Source: Treponemataceae bacterium
GTDB taxonomy: Bacteria > Spirochaetota > Spirochaetia > Treponematales > Rectinemataceae
Direction: 5' to 3'
DNA: 64,000 nucleotides
Assembly: GCA_963678065.2 (NCBI GenBank)
Contig: CAXXVZ010000003.1
Location: 672,001-736,000, forward strand
A model generated the notes under the pieces. The model was not told the origin of the DNA. It did not search any database and saw only the letters and a program-made list of their open reading frames with translations. How positions within the stretch are numbered: the first letter of the stretch is position 1; the number at the start of each line of letters is the position of its first letter. A program made the position numbers and the translations under genes. Positions 1 through 9,281 of this stretch are shown in pieces.

Positions 1-624
1 CTCGCAAAGGCGGGGGAAGGCATGCCGGATTCGGTCATCGCCTGCGTCGGCGGAGGATCGAACTTCGCGGGTCTCTCATTCCCCTTTATCAGAGAAAAGA
101 TCGGAGGACGCGAGATGGACATCATCGCCGTCGAACCATCCTCCTGTCCCACGCTCACCAAAGGGCGTTTCGCCTACGATATCGGGGACATGTCGGGCAT
201 GACGCCCCTCCTGCCCATGCACACACTCGGCCACGAGTTCATTCCGCCCACCATTCACGCGGGGGGACTTCGGTACCACGGCATGTCTCCCCTGGTTTCC
301 AAGGCGGTGACGGACGGACTCGTCGAGCCGCGGGCGGTGAATCAGCTCGAATGTTACGGAGCGGCAGTGACTTTTGCGCGGACCGAGGGCATAATTGTGG
401 CTCCCGAGACGAGTCACGCGGTGGCCATGGCCATCCGCGAGGCGAACAAAGCCAGGGAAGAGGGCAAGGAAAAAGTCATTGTCTTCGGACTGTCCGGACA
501 CGGTCTTCTGGACCTTGCCGGCTATGAGAAGTATTTCAGTGGCCATCTTTCCGACTATGAGCTTTCGGCGGACGCCATCGAGGAGTCGCTGGCCTGCATA
601 GCGGGCTTTCCTCCCGTGGCATGA
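1..624 (+). CDS. trpB: TrpB-like PLP enzyme (TrpB2 type), 5'-truncated
   Basis: Frame open from base 1; motifs [30 protein letters not shown] typical of TrpB2. Confidence 0.9.
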   Translation, partial: LAKAGEGMPDSVIACVGGGSNFAGLSFPFIREKIGGREMDIIAVEPSSCPTLTKGRFAYDIGDMSGMTPLLPMHTLGHEFIPPTIHAGGLRYHGMSPLVSKAVTDGLVEPRAVNQLECYGAAVTFARTEGIIVAPETSHAVAMAIREANKAREEGKEKVIVFGLSGHGLLDLAGYEKYFSGHLSDYELSADAIEESLACIAGFPPVA

Positions 625-701
625 GAACCCAGGCAGGCAGTGTGCGGCGCATCGGCCGCCGCGCTGCCTGCGGGCGTTCCCGAACGCTTCAACGGAGGCG
701 A

Positions 702-1517
702 ATGATGCGGCTGGCGCTTGTCCAGAGCGAACCAGTGTTCGGCGAAGCAGAGAAAAACGTGGAGTCGCTCTGTCGTCTCATGGATTCGGCGCAGGCCGAC
801 CTCTATGTCCTTCCGGAGCTGTGCACGACAGGCTACCAGTTCCGTTCACGGAATGAGGCCCTGGATCTGGCCGAAACTCCGGAGGGACCGGCTGTGTCGC
901 GGTTGCGGAACGAGGCCGCCCGACGGGATGCGGCCATCGTCTTCGGATTCGCCGAATCGACGGGCTCGTCGCTCTTCAACAGCTCGCTCGCGGCTCTGCC
1001 CGACGGCACTTTTGCGCTCTACCGCAAAACCCACCTCTTTCACCGCGAGACCCTCGTGTTCGACAGAGGGGATACAGGCTTCCCTGTTTTTGACTTCAGG
1101 GGAGCGCGCGTAGGTATGGCCATCTGCTTCGACTGGATCTTTCCGGAGAGCTTCAGGACCCTTGCGCTGAAAGGATCCGACATCGTGGCGCACTGTTCGA
1201 ACCTCGTCCTGCCCTTCTGCCAGAGGGCCGATTTCACGCGCGCGATCGAAAATCGCGTGTTCGTGGCCACGGCCAACCGTGTCGGACTGGAAGATCGCCT
1301 CGGCGCGGACAGAGGCGAAGCGGATGACCGCGCCGCCCTGCGTTTCACGGGAGAGAGTGTCCTCGTCTCGCCGTTGGGAGACTACATCCTGCGTCTGGAT
1401 GCTGAGAAACCCGACTCCTGTGCCGCAACGATCGATCCGGACTTGGCGCGCGACAAGTCGATCAATCCGTACAATAACCTCGTTGCGGACAGAAGGCCGG
1501 AGTTCTACGCCCGATAG
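702..1517 (+). CDS. Carbon-nitrogen hydrolase (nitrilase superfamily)
   Basis: Catalytic triad motifs LPELC, YRKTHL, ICFDW; GGAGG at 694-698 before ATG 702/705. Confidence 0.9.
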   Translation: MMRLALVQSEPVFGEAEKNVESLCRLMDSAQADLYVLPELCTTGYQFRSRNEALDLAETPEGPAVSRLRNEAARRDAAIVFGFAESTGSSLFNSSLAALPDGTFALYRKTHLFHRETLVFDRGDTGFPVFDFRGARVGMAICFDWIFPESFRTLALKGSDIVAHCSNLVLPFCQRADFTRAIENRVFVATANRVGLEDRLGADRGEADDRAALRFTGESVLVSPLGDYILRLDAEKPDSCAATIDPDLARDKSINPYNNLVADRRPEFYAR

Positions 1518-1572
1518 ACCGGAGTCCGATGCTATAGAGCTACGGGTGTGAAACTCACGTCGGGATGAACGA

Positions 1573-1593
1573 ACCCCGGAGCAGCTTCGGGGT
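1573..1593. terminator. Hairpin between convergent genes
   Basis: ACCCCGGAGC-A-GCTTCGGGGT inverted repeat in the gap between the nitrilase and hydrogenase stops; no clear U tract. Confidence 0.4.
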
Positions 1594-1620
1594 ATGGACC
1601 CGCATGCGGATCAAAACCAC

Positions 1621-3054
1621 TCAGAACGCGCTCCCTTCGACAATCTTCCTCAGTTGTAAGGCCGCAATCTTCGGATTGGTGAGGGTCGAGGGGCCGGCTA
1701 AGCAGCCCCCCGCACAGGCCATCACCTCGACGAAGTTAGCGAGACAATTCCCTTCGGCGTATGATCGGAGGGTCTTCATGGATTCCGGGTTGAGACCGTT
1801 CACCGTCTCGCCCCGAAGAATCTCCGGCCGGGAAAGTCTGGCCCTGACTGCGCCCAGCACGCCACCCGAGGCCGCAAACCCCCGCCCCATCCCGCTCGCC
1901 TGCCGGGGCCCTGTCTCGTCAGGCATATCCTGCACATCGATGTCGAGGGCGACGAAGAGAGCTCCGAGCTCCTCTGCAGAGATGGCGAAATCGACCAGAG
2001 GATCGTCCTGGACCTCCTTTCGCTTGGCGACGCAGGGGCCGATGAACACCCTGCAGGCCTCCGGCGCCTCCCTGTGCGCGATTTCCGCGGTGTAATGCAT
2101 GGGGCTCCGTGTACTGGAAACTCTCGGTTTCAATGCCGGTATGTGCCTGTCCACTGTCTGGACGAAGGCGGGACAGCAGCTCGTCGTCATGAAGCCCGTA
2201 CCTTCCGTCATCCTCTCCCCGAACTCCGCCGCTTCTCGCGCCGAAGTGATGTCGGCGCCCAGAGCGACTTCGAATACATCGGAGAATCCCGCCCTGCGCA
2301 AGGCAGCCTCTAGCTTGCCGAGCGGGGCGCGGAACTGGGCAGCAACTGCCGGGGCGTACAGCGCGGCGAGCTTCCCGCCCGCGAGGAGGCGCTTCGTCAC
2401 GTCGACAATGGAAGATCGCTCCATCATGGCCCCGAAAGGGCATTCGCGGATGCAGTTCCCGCAATACACGCATTTCGTGTAATCGATCCTCTCCTCGCCC
2501 TCCGCGTTTTTCGTCACCGCCCCGACCGGGCAGGCTTCCTCGCAGGGGACTGGCAACTTGATAATCGCATGGTAGGGGCAGACCTGTTGACAGATGCCAC
2601 AGTTGACACAGGTTTCCTTGTCGATGACGGCGTGCCCCTCCAGCATGGTCACAGCCTTTCGGGGACAATTCATGGAGCATGGCCTGGCGAGACATCCCTG
2701 GCAGGCATTGGTCACGAGGAAGCGGGTTCTCACGCAGGCGTTGCAGGCTTCATCCAGAACGGTGAGGATGGGGCCGGCCATCGTCTCCCGCGAGAGGGCT
2801 CCTTCCGCCCATTCCGAAAGAGGCGCGCCATCCTCTGCCATATCCTCGACGGAGAAGCCGAGCCAGGCGAGAAGTCGGTATCGCATGATCACTCTGTCGT
2901 GGTGGACACAACAGCGCACCGGGCTGTATCCCGACCCCGTCATGCGGTAGGGGATTCGGTCGATCTCTTCAACAAGGCGTCCGCTCTTCATGAGTTCGAG
3001 GATATGAATGAGAAGCTCACGCTTGATCTGGGAAGAGTGATTGTTGTAGTGCAT
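1621..3054 (-). CDS. Monomeric [FeFe]-hydrogenase, group B type, with ferredoxin domains
   Basis: H-cluster motifs TSCCPAF, FIGPCVAKRKE, EVMACAGGCLAGP; several CxxCxxCxxxCP clusters; N-terminal RCCVHHDR. Confidence 0.9.
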   Translation of the reverse strand: MHYNNHSSQIKRELLIHILELMKSGRLVEEIDRIPYRMTGSGYSPVRCCVHHDRVIMRYRLLAWLGFSVEDMAEDGAPLSEWAEGALSRETMAGPILTVLDEACNACVRTRFLVTNACQGCLARPCSMNCPRKAVTMLEGHAVIDKETCVNCGICQQVCPYHAIIKLPVPCEEACPVGAVTKNAEGEERIDYTKCVYCGNCIRECPFGAMMERSSIVDVTKRLLAGGKLAALYAPAVAAQFRAPLGKLEAALRRAGFSDVFEVALGADITSAREAAEFGERMTEGTGFMTTSCCPAFVQTVDRHIPALKPRVSSTRSPMHYTAEIAHREAPEACRVFIGPCVAKRKEVQDDPLVDFAISAEELGALFVALDIDVQDMPDETGPRQASGMGRGFAASGGVLGAVRARLSRPEILRGETVNGLNPESMKTLRSYAEGNCLANFVEVMACAGGCLAGPSTLTNPKIAALQLRKIVEGSAF

Positions 3055-3058
3055 GGCC

Positions 3059-3313
3059 TCACCCTACGAGGGCGGTTATCCGCTCAAGGATGAGGGGGAT
3101 CGTCGCCAAGGGAAGAATCTCACCGCCGATTTTCGCGTAGGGGGCTGCGCCGTAGCGCCTGTCCTTGCACAGGCCAAGGCAGGGGGAACCCTCGACAGAA
3201 ACCTTTTCGCGCAGGTGTGGGGGAATGCTCTCTTCAAGTAGGAGAAGTTCTGATCCGCCCATGACATAGCAGGTTGTCCCCGAGCAGATGGTTACGGTGA
3301 GTTTCGGCTCCAT
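3059..3313 (-). CDS. Thioredoxin-like [2Fe-2S] ferredoxin (NuoE-like)
   Basis: CSGTTC...CLGLC (Cx4C...Cx3C); AGGAG RBS upstream of ATG 3313. Confidence 0.85.
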   Translation of the reverse strand: MEPKLTVTICSGTTCYVMGGSELLLLEESIPPHLREKVSVEGSPCLGLCKDRRYGAAPYAKIGGEILPLATIPLILERITALVG

Positions 3314-3353
3314 GGTCGTTCTCCTTGACACGCCGGAAGAAATCCGGTCTGGG

Positions 3354-4562
3354 TCACTGGTAATGGATGTGCGTTTCCTTGAGGTATCGCTCCTCGAGGA
3401 GGGACGCGATTTTCTTGACTACGTTTCTGCGGATTTCGAGTTCCACTGGCATGGCGGGATCTTGGTGAGCCTCGTTTATTTTCGTCCCAACATGAAAATC
3501 GATGATATCGCTGTCCAGAAAAAAATCGACGATCTGCATGGCGGGCGAGAGAGTCGCCCTGTCTCCGGAATCGCCGGGCCTCTCGAGAATTTCCGCCACC
3601 GCGCCGAGGGTGATGATCCCTTCAGTCACAAGATCGGCTCCATCCATCGAGGAGGTGGGGGGCAGCCCCGCACCCCATCTCTTAAGGTCCACTTTGACGA
3701 CGCGGCCGAGTTCCCGTGAGAGGATATTCGCCGTCGTACCTCCACAGATGATCTTTTTCCCGGGAAATGAATTGAATACCTGAGCGATTACGCCGTCCCT
3801 CGATCGGTCGATGGAAGGTCCCGTCATGAGCATGAGTCTGCGTGGCTCCCGGAAGTATATGACGCCGCAGCTTATGTCGTCCTTGGGCCTGTAGCCGTCT
3901 TTCCGCCCCGCCTCGTGCACGAACTCCCGCGCGAGTTCGCGCGCCGAGATGCGGGGATCGTCTCGGATCGCCTCCAGAGCGAAGGACCGCGCGGAAGGAT
4001 TCCCCCAACCGAGAGGGTAGGCGGGACTTCCCATGCCGGACTGGGAGACACCGTCGGAAAAGAACACGAGCCTGTCACCCGGACGCGCGGAGAATTCCGA
4101 ATACCGCAAAATGGCCTCAGTCTTTCCATGTCCCTGCGCCCGGGCATCCAGCTCAGCCCTCTGGATGGAGATCCCGCTCATGATCGGCTCGACGAGGGTG
4201 TTCTCGCGCACGAGGATATAGGGAGGATTGTCGTACTCGATGATCCTGACCTCCCGCGAGCGCTCTATGTCGATGATCGTGAAAGTCGCATAGCTGATCC
4301 GGCGCTGTCTGCAGACAGGCAGCGTCTTCATGATGATTCCTGCCGCTCGCCTGATGGGGATGTCGTCTGCCACGAATTTCAGTGCCATCGTCGCGGTCAG
4401 GGTTGCGAGCACTCCAGCCTTCACACCGGAGCCGAGCCCATCGGAGAGCACCGAGATGATCCTGCCCTCGGAAGTTTTTTTCGACAGAAAGACATCCCCG
4501 GGAGCGGCCTGTCCCCACTTGTTCTCCTGGTAGTGTCCTACTTCGACGAATACGGGATTCAT
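3354..4562 (-). CDS. SpoIIE/PP2C-family Ser/Thr phosphatase (HfsC-like)
   Basis: LSDGLGSG, FFSDGV, DDIS metal-binding motifs; C-terminal CGGTTA domain; ATG overlaps the upstream stop (ATGA 4559-4562). Confidence 0.85.
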   Translation of the reverse strand: MNPVFVEVGHYQENKWGQAAPGDVFLSKKTSEGRIISVLSDGLGSGVKAGVLATLTATMALKFVADDIPIRRAAGIIMKTLPVCRQRRISYATFTIIDIERSREVRIIEYDNPPYILVRENTLVEPIMSGISIQRAELDARAQGHGKTEAILRYSEFSARPGDRLVFFSDGVSQSGMGSPAYPLGWGNPSARSFALEAIRDDPRISARELAREFVHEAGRKDGYRPKDDISCGVIYFREPRRLMLMTGPSIDRSRDGVIAQVFNSFPGKKIICGGTTANILSRELGRVVKVDLKRWGAGLPPTSSMDGADLVTEGIITLGAVAEILERPGDSGDRATLSPAMQIVDFFLDSDIIDFHVGTKINEAHQDPAMPVELEIRRNVVKKIASLLEERYLKETHIHYQ

Positions 4563-6403
4563 ACCGCACTGTCCCGTCTGGTTTTCTTTCTGCCTTGTCC
4601 CGGACCCCTTCCATCCTGTCCTTCTTCCCCGTCGAAGGATTCGATGATGGAATTGAGGATGGTTTCGGTTTCCGCGGCGTTCTCGCCGAGGAGATAGGCT
4701 ATCTTCTGGACGACGGCCAGGTTTTTCTCGATGACTTTGCGCGACTGATTCACGATTCTGTCCTTGCGGACCCAGGGAATGGTCACATCCTGGAAGACGC
4801 CGCCAGCGAGGTTCCCTGACTCGATCGCGAATACCGCGCCGTGGAGTATCCTGTTTCCGATATGGATGTCCCGGTCCACAGAGTCGGCTCCCGCGAGGAC
4901 ATCGGCGAATAGTTTGTGGAAAACCGCCGTTTTTTCGAGCTCGGCTCCCTCGAGTCCGGGTTTCAGGTCCCAGAGCGCCGCTGTTTCCTCGTCCATAAGG
5001 CGGGCGAAATTCCGGTTGCACTCGACGATCCGGAGATCCCTGTCGACAATGACGACGCCCGAGGGTATGGCGCGAAAGAGGCCATTCGCCTTTTTCTGGG
5101 CAAGTTTGCGCATGTAGGAGACGCACATCGCGGCTTCGGCCTTGTTCTCTAGAACGGCGCGCGCGAAGTCCCGGCAGCAGTCGTACCCGCAGCCTCCGCA
5201 GTTGAGCTCATCAGTGCGGCTGTACTTGCCCGTACGTCTCAGCACGGCCTCCAGTTCGGCATCGGAGAAAGTCGACCCGCAGACGGGGATGACAGAGTAG
5301 CGGTTCGAGATCTCGGTATCCCCGGGAAGATTGTCTCCGCCTGCGTCGCGAGCATAACCGAGCACCTTCAGCCGCTTCGTTATCGTGCCCTTTCTCGTCG
5401 CACAGCGGGGTCCATTGACACAGCCACCCTCGCAGGCGAGGAGTTCGAGGAAGACTGGCCCGTCCATCCCGGCCCCCCCGTCCGCCTCGAGTTCTCCGAG
5501 GGCGCGATCGATCTCCTTCAGTCCGCTGAAGGACATGAAACTGATGCCGCGGGGAGGGTCCCAGGCCTTGATGGCAGCTATCATGCCGCCGTCCACCGGG
5601 TACAGAGCGCCCTTTCCGGCACGGGCCGGCCTGAAGACTTGATCTGGTCCGCCTGGCTCTTCTGCAGGGTCTATGCAGGCATCGGCAAACCATTCTCGGA
5701 TATCGTGGAAGTCGATGGACGCGTCCACGAGTTCGCGGTGAAGGTCGGATTCGTGTTTTTTGGCGATGCAGGGTCCGATGAAAACGACTCCGGTCTCCTC
5801 ACCGTAGAAATCGCGTAAAAATCGCGCCTGGGCGAGGAGGGGCGAATGGAAGGGTACAATTCCGGAGGAAAATTCAGGGTAGTATTTCATGATGTATTCA
5901 ACGACGGTCGGGCAGGCCGATGAGATGACGAACTTGCCCCTTCCGGCACTCGGAGCGCCTCCCTCGCTTCCGGCGCGCCCCTCAGCCCGGCTTCCTGCCC
6001 CGGCATCCGCGACCATGAGCGACAGATCGTGGGCGATGCGCCGCGAGACTATGTCGGCGCCCAGGGCCGTCTCGCATACCTCGGCGAAACCGAGTTTTTT
6101 AAGGGAGGCGATGATGACATCGGTCCTGAGACCGGGGAATTCGGAAACGAAGGAGGGTGCGAGTGAAGCGATGACCTTTTTGCCCGAAGCGAGGAGGGAG
6201 CGCACGCGCGGCAGATCCTTCCTGACCTTTTTCGCTCCGACAGGGCAGACTTCCACGCAGTGGCCGCAGAGTACACAGCGTTCAGGAACTATGGCGGCCC
6301 GGCCCTGTGAGATCTTTATCGCCTTCACCGTGCATTCACGGAGGCATTTGTAGCAGTCCTGGCACTCTGCCTTTTCGGTGTGCACCGGATTGAACGCGTC
6401 CAT
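4559..6403 (-). CDS. Sensory [FeFe]-hydrogenase with FeS and PAS domains (HydS/HfsB-like, group C)
   Basis: N-terminal 2x[4Fe-4S]; variant motifs SSACPTVV, FIGPCIAKKHE, ELLACEGGCVNGP; NCGGCGYDCC FeS domain; PAS (IPSGVVIVDRDLRIVECN). Confidence 0.88.
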   Translation of the reverse strand: MDAFNPVHTEKAECQDCYKCLRECTVKAIKISQGRAAIVPERCVLCGHCVEVCPVGAKKVRKDLPRVRSLLASGKKVIASLAPSFVSEFPGLRTDVIIASLKKLGFAEVCETALGADIVSRRIAHDLSLMVADAGAGSRAEGRAGSEGGAPSAGRGKFVISSACPTVVEYIMKYYPEFSSGIVPFHSPLLAQARFLRDFYGEETGVVFIGPCIAKKHESDLHRELVDASIDFHDIREWFADACIDPAEEPGGPDQVFRPARAGKGALYPVDGGMIAAIKAWDPPRGISFMSFSGLKEIDRALGELEADGGAGMDGPVFLELLACEGGCVNGPRCATRKGTITKRLKVLGYARDAGGDNLPGDTEISNRYSVIPVCGSTFSDAELEAVLRRTGKYSRTDELNCGGCGYDCCRDFARAVLENKAEAAMCVSYMRKLAQKKANGLFRAIPSGVVIVDRDLRIVECNRNFARLMDEETAALWDLKPGLEGAELEKTAVFHKLFADVLAGADSVDRDIHIGNRILHGAVFAIESGNLAGGVFQDVTIPWVRKDRIVNQSRKVIEKNLAVVQKIAYLLGENAAETETILNSIIESFDGEEGQDGRGPGQGRKKTRRDSAV

Positions 6404-6405
6404 GG

Positions 6406-6663
6406 TCAGACTCCGGCCTGTGCGAGCGGCGCGAGGATGTCCTGAAGATCGGCGGGCATCACATGCCGATAGACCCTGTCGTCGACTATTATGATAGGGC
6501 CGTCCTTGCACATGCCCTCGCACAGGGTGCCCGAGAAGGCGATCGTGATGTCGAGTTTCTTCTCCTCCAAAAAGCGCTGTATCAGTTCGACATTGAGCCC
6601 GTTACCCCTGGAAAAACACGAACTGCCCATGCAGATTTTGATAGAGCTGGCGGCTGGGGACAT
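6406..6663 (-). CDS. Thioredoxin-like [2Fe-2S] ferredoxin (HfsA-like)
   Basis: ICMGSSCFSRGN...LCEGMCKDGP; GGAGG RBS before ATG 6663. Confidence 0.85.
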   Translation of the reverse strand: MSPAASSIKICMGSSCFSRGNGLNVELIQRFLEEKKLDITIAFSGTLCEGMCKDGPIIIVDDRVYRHVMPADLQDILAPLAQAGV

Positions 6664-6765
6664 GGCACCTCCGGATTGAATGTGTCGGAGCAGACAGCCT
6701 CTGGCCACGTCTTTAAGCGATCGTAGGGTGGGAAATAGCGGCCTGAGGGAATATTCGACACGATT

Positions 6766-6794
6766 AATATATAAATTAATATCGATATGATCAA
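6766..6794 (-). promoter_or_regulatory. Candidate sigma70 promoter of the hydrogenase cluster
   Basis: Minus strand TTGATC-N17-TATATT in an AT-rich patch. Confidence 0.5.
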
Positions 6795-6902
6795 TCCCTT
6801 CTTCGCAAGAATATGGACCGGAAGAAGCGGTGTCCCGGAGCGAAGGACCGATGGCATAAGGGAAAAGCCAAGGAAAAAGTTTCATTAAAATGATGATTTT
6901 TA

Positions 6903-6931
6903 TTGATGCTTGATTCCATCCATTGTATCAT
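6903..6931 (+). promoter_or_regulatory. Candidate sigma70 promoter of galK-like gene and surE
   Basis: TTGATG-N17-TATCAT. Confidence 0.55.
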
Positions 6932-7004
6932 TGCGCGAATTACCATTCTCATCTGGAGGGCAAGCGTAGGTCACGTACCTCACGGTGACCAAGGCGAGGC
7001 AGGA

Positions 7005-8147
7005 ATGAAGGATATCGCATCACTCCACCGGGCCGAGTACGACGCGCCGCCCGACATAATCGCCGCGGCTCCGGGAGTCGTCAAATTTCTCGGCGAGCAG
7101 ACCGACGTTTCGGATGCACTTGTACTCGCTTCCTCCATCTCTTTCGAACTCCGGGTTGGCGTTTCCCCCCGGCGGGACTCTTCCCTCCGCTTCCTCGCCG
7201 CCGATTTCGGCGAACGCAAGCGTGCCACGGTAGGAAACCTGAAATACAAGAGGGAAGACCGCTGGGCGAACTACCCCAAGGCTGTGTACGAACTCATGGT
7301 CCGCGAAGGACTCGTCTCCAAGGGTGTCAATTTCACGATCTCGGGAGACATCCCCATCGGCCTCGGACTGGCCTCATCATCCGCCCTCGGTCTCGCCTCC
7401 GCTTTGGCCCTCAAGGAGCTTTTTGGCCTCAATTTCAAGAATGAGGCCCTCGCCGAGTTCGCGCGCCGGGCCGAATCCGAGTTCATGGAAAAACCGGTTC
7501 CTCCTCACGACTACTTTTCGGCGACTGCGCCCGGAGCGGGAACCATCTCCATCGTGGACGTCAAAAACTCGAGGCGCCGTGCGCTTCCATTCCTGTCGGA
7601 CGATTGGGCCATCGTTCTCACCGATTCCAAGGTTCCCCGAATGTCCGTGGATGCGGAACTCGCCCTGCGGAACGACGAGTGCAAACGCTGCTTTTCCATA
7701 ATTTCTGAAAATGGCCGCCGCTCCCTGCGCGACGTCAACGTCGACGAGCTGGATGACCTCATGGGTCTGCTCCCCGAAAGCGTACGCCGTCGCTGCCTCC
7801 ATGTCGTGGAAGAGCTCTCCCGCGTCAAGGAAGCGGAGGAGGCCCTGATCAAGGGAGATGCTCCCGCCTTCGGCCGTGTCATCAACAAATCCCACGCCTC
7901 CCTGCGCAATCTATTCGAAGTCTCCTGCCCCGAGATCGATTGGCTCGCCAAACGGGCAATGGAGATCGAGGGAGTGCTCTGTTCGCGCCTCACGGGCAAG
8001 GGTTTCGGCGGCTGCACCGTGTCCGTCATGAAACCTCAGGCCATTCCGGAGTACCGCAAGCGCCTCGAGGATTACGAACGCATCTTCGGATTCCGTCCGG
8101 TGATCTACGAGACTCGTGTATCGGGGGGCATGCGCATCACGGAATAA
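7005..8147 (+). CDS. galK: Galactokinase-like GHMP kinase (divergent sugar-binding motif)
   Basis: PIGLGLASSSA ATP motif, RNLFEVSCPEID, SRLTGKGFGGC; N-terminal motif divergent (GVVKFLGEQTDV). Confidence 0.75.
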   Translation: MKDIASLHRAEYDAPPDIIAAAPGVVKFLGEQTDVSDALVLASSISFELRVGVSPRRDSSLRFLAADFGERKRATVGNLKYKREDRWANYPKAVYELMVREGLVSKGVNFTISGDIPIGLGLASSSALGLASALALKELFGLNFKNEALAEFARRAESEFMEKPVPPHDYFSATAPGAGTISIVDVKNSRRRALPFLSDDWAIVLTDSKVPRMSVDAELALRNDECKRCFSIISENGRRSLRDVNVDELDDLMGLLPESVRRRCLHVVEELSRVKEAEEALIKGDAPAFGRVINKSHASLRNLFEVSCPEIDWLAKRAMEIEGVLCSRLTGKGFGGCTVSVMKPQAIPEYRKRLEDYERIFGFRPVIYETRVSGGMRITE

Positions 8148-8200
8148 GGTGCGGATCTATTCGTGTCCCGACAGAAACTATTTTCCCGGAGAACAAACAC

Positions 8201-8932
8201 ATGCGAATACTTGTCACAAACGACGATGGAATCAATGCTCCAGGACTTGACGCCCTGGTCCGCGCCCTGGAGCGGGACAACGAAGTCTGGGTCGTCGCTC
8301 CCGACATTCAGCGCTCGGGCGTATCTCACGCTATCACCCTCCATCACCCCGGCAAAATCCGTAAAACCGGCGAACACCGCTATTCCTGTTCCGGCACACC
8401 TGTCGATTGCGTCATCCTCGCCGGGCTCGGTGCCATCCCCTTCGTTCCCGAACTCATCATTTCCGGCATCAATGAAGGCCCGAACCTCGGGACAGACATT
8501 ATTTTTTCCGGGACCTGCGGCGCGGCGCGGCAGGCTGCGCTCAACGGAATCCCAGGCATCGCCGTCTCCTGCGCTACATACGTCGCCCCTTTCATCTACG
8601 ACGCGGCGGCAGGCTTTGTCGCGGACAACCTGAAAAAACTCGTCGCGGCATGCGTTCCGGGAATTTTCATCAACATAAACGTCCCCTCCACGAGTGACAG
8701 ATCCCTTGAGGCCGAATGGGTGGCTCCGGGAAAGAACCGCTATATGGACAAGCTCAGCTCCTTCGAAGCCCCGGACGGCTACACCTACCACTTCCTCGCC
8801 GGCGGAAAACACGAGGTCTGCGAGGAGGCATCCTGCGATCACCCGGCCATCGCCGCCGGCCGCATTTCGATAAGCCCCATCCTCGTCAATCCGCAGTCCC
8901 CCCCCGACTTTGTGGCGGGCAGACCTTTCTGA
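8201..8932 (+). CDS. surE: 5'/3'-nucleotidase SurE
   Basis: MRILVTNDDG, VAPDIQRSG, GTPVDC, SGINEGPNLG, SGT. Confidence 0.95.
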   Translation: MRILVTNDDGINAPGLDALVRALERDNEVWVVAPDIQRSGVSHAITLHHPGKIRKTGEHRYSCSGTPVDCVILAGLGAIPFVPELIISGINEGPNLGTDIIFSGTCGAARQAALNGIPGIAVSCATYVAPFIYDAAAGFVADNLKKLVAACVPGIFININVPSTSDRSLEAEWVAPGKNRYMDKLSSFEAPDGYTYHFLAGGKHEVCEEASCDHPAIAAGRISISPILVNPQSPPDFVAGRPF

Positions 8933-8993
8933 AACACGCGGCCTCGCAGTGCAAACCGCCGCATCTGTGGCTCTCTCGCGGATCATTTCCCGC

Positions 8994-9023
8994 TTGACTC
9001 GAATTCCGGGTTTCGGCTATAGT
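8994..9023 (+). promoter_or_regulatory. sigma70 promoter of the tRNA pair
   Basis: TTGACT-N18-TATAGT, 16 nt before tRNA-Thr. Confidence 0.7.
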
Positions 9024-9039
9024 CGGCTTCGTCTTCGAG

Positions 9040-9112
9040 GCCATCTTAGCTCAGTTGGAAGAGCACGTGACTTGTAATCTCGGGGTCCTCGGTTCGATTC
9101 CGGGAGATGGCT
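9040..9112 (+). tRNA. tRNA-Thr (anticodon TGT)
   Basis: Acceptor GCCATCT/AGATGGC, D arm, anticodon loop CTTGTAA, GGTTCGATTCC; CCA not encoded. Confidence 0.95.
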
Positions 9113-9144
9113 CGAGAAAGTTCTTTGATGGTTTCGTTTCCCCT

Positions 9145-9227
9145 GGGGAGATTCCCGAGTGGTCAAAGGGGGCAGACTGTAAATCTGTTGGCTTACGCCT
9201 TCGAAGGTTCAAATCCTTCTCTCCCCA
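9145..9227 (+). tRNA. tRNA-Tyr (anticodon GTA)
   Basis: Acceptor GGGGAGA/TCTCCCC, loop CTGTAAA, long variable arm, GGTTCAAATCC; CCA not encoded. Confidence 0.95.
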
Positions 9228-9230
9228 ATC

Positions 9231-9260
9231 CCTCCTCTCAGTCGAGAGGAGGTTTTTTTT
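9231..9260 (+). terminator. Rho-independent terminator after the tRNAs
   Basis: CCTCCTCTC-AGTC-GAGAGGAGG followed by T8. Confidence 0.9.
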
Positions 9261-9281
9261 CGAGCCAAGGAGTGCCGCGCA

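Noticed and set aside
9040..9260. tRNA-associated integrated element
   Set aside because: No integrase and no duplicated tRNA 3' end; the flanking genes are core genes
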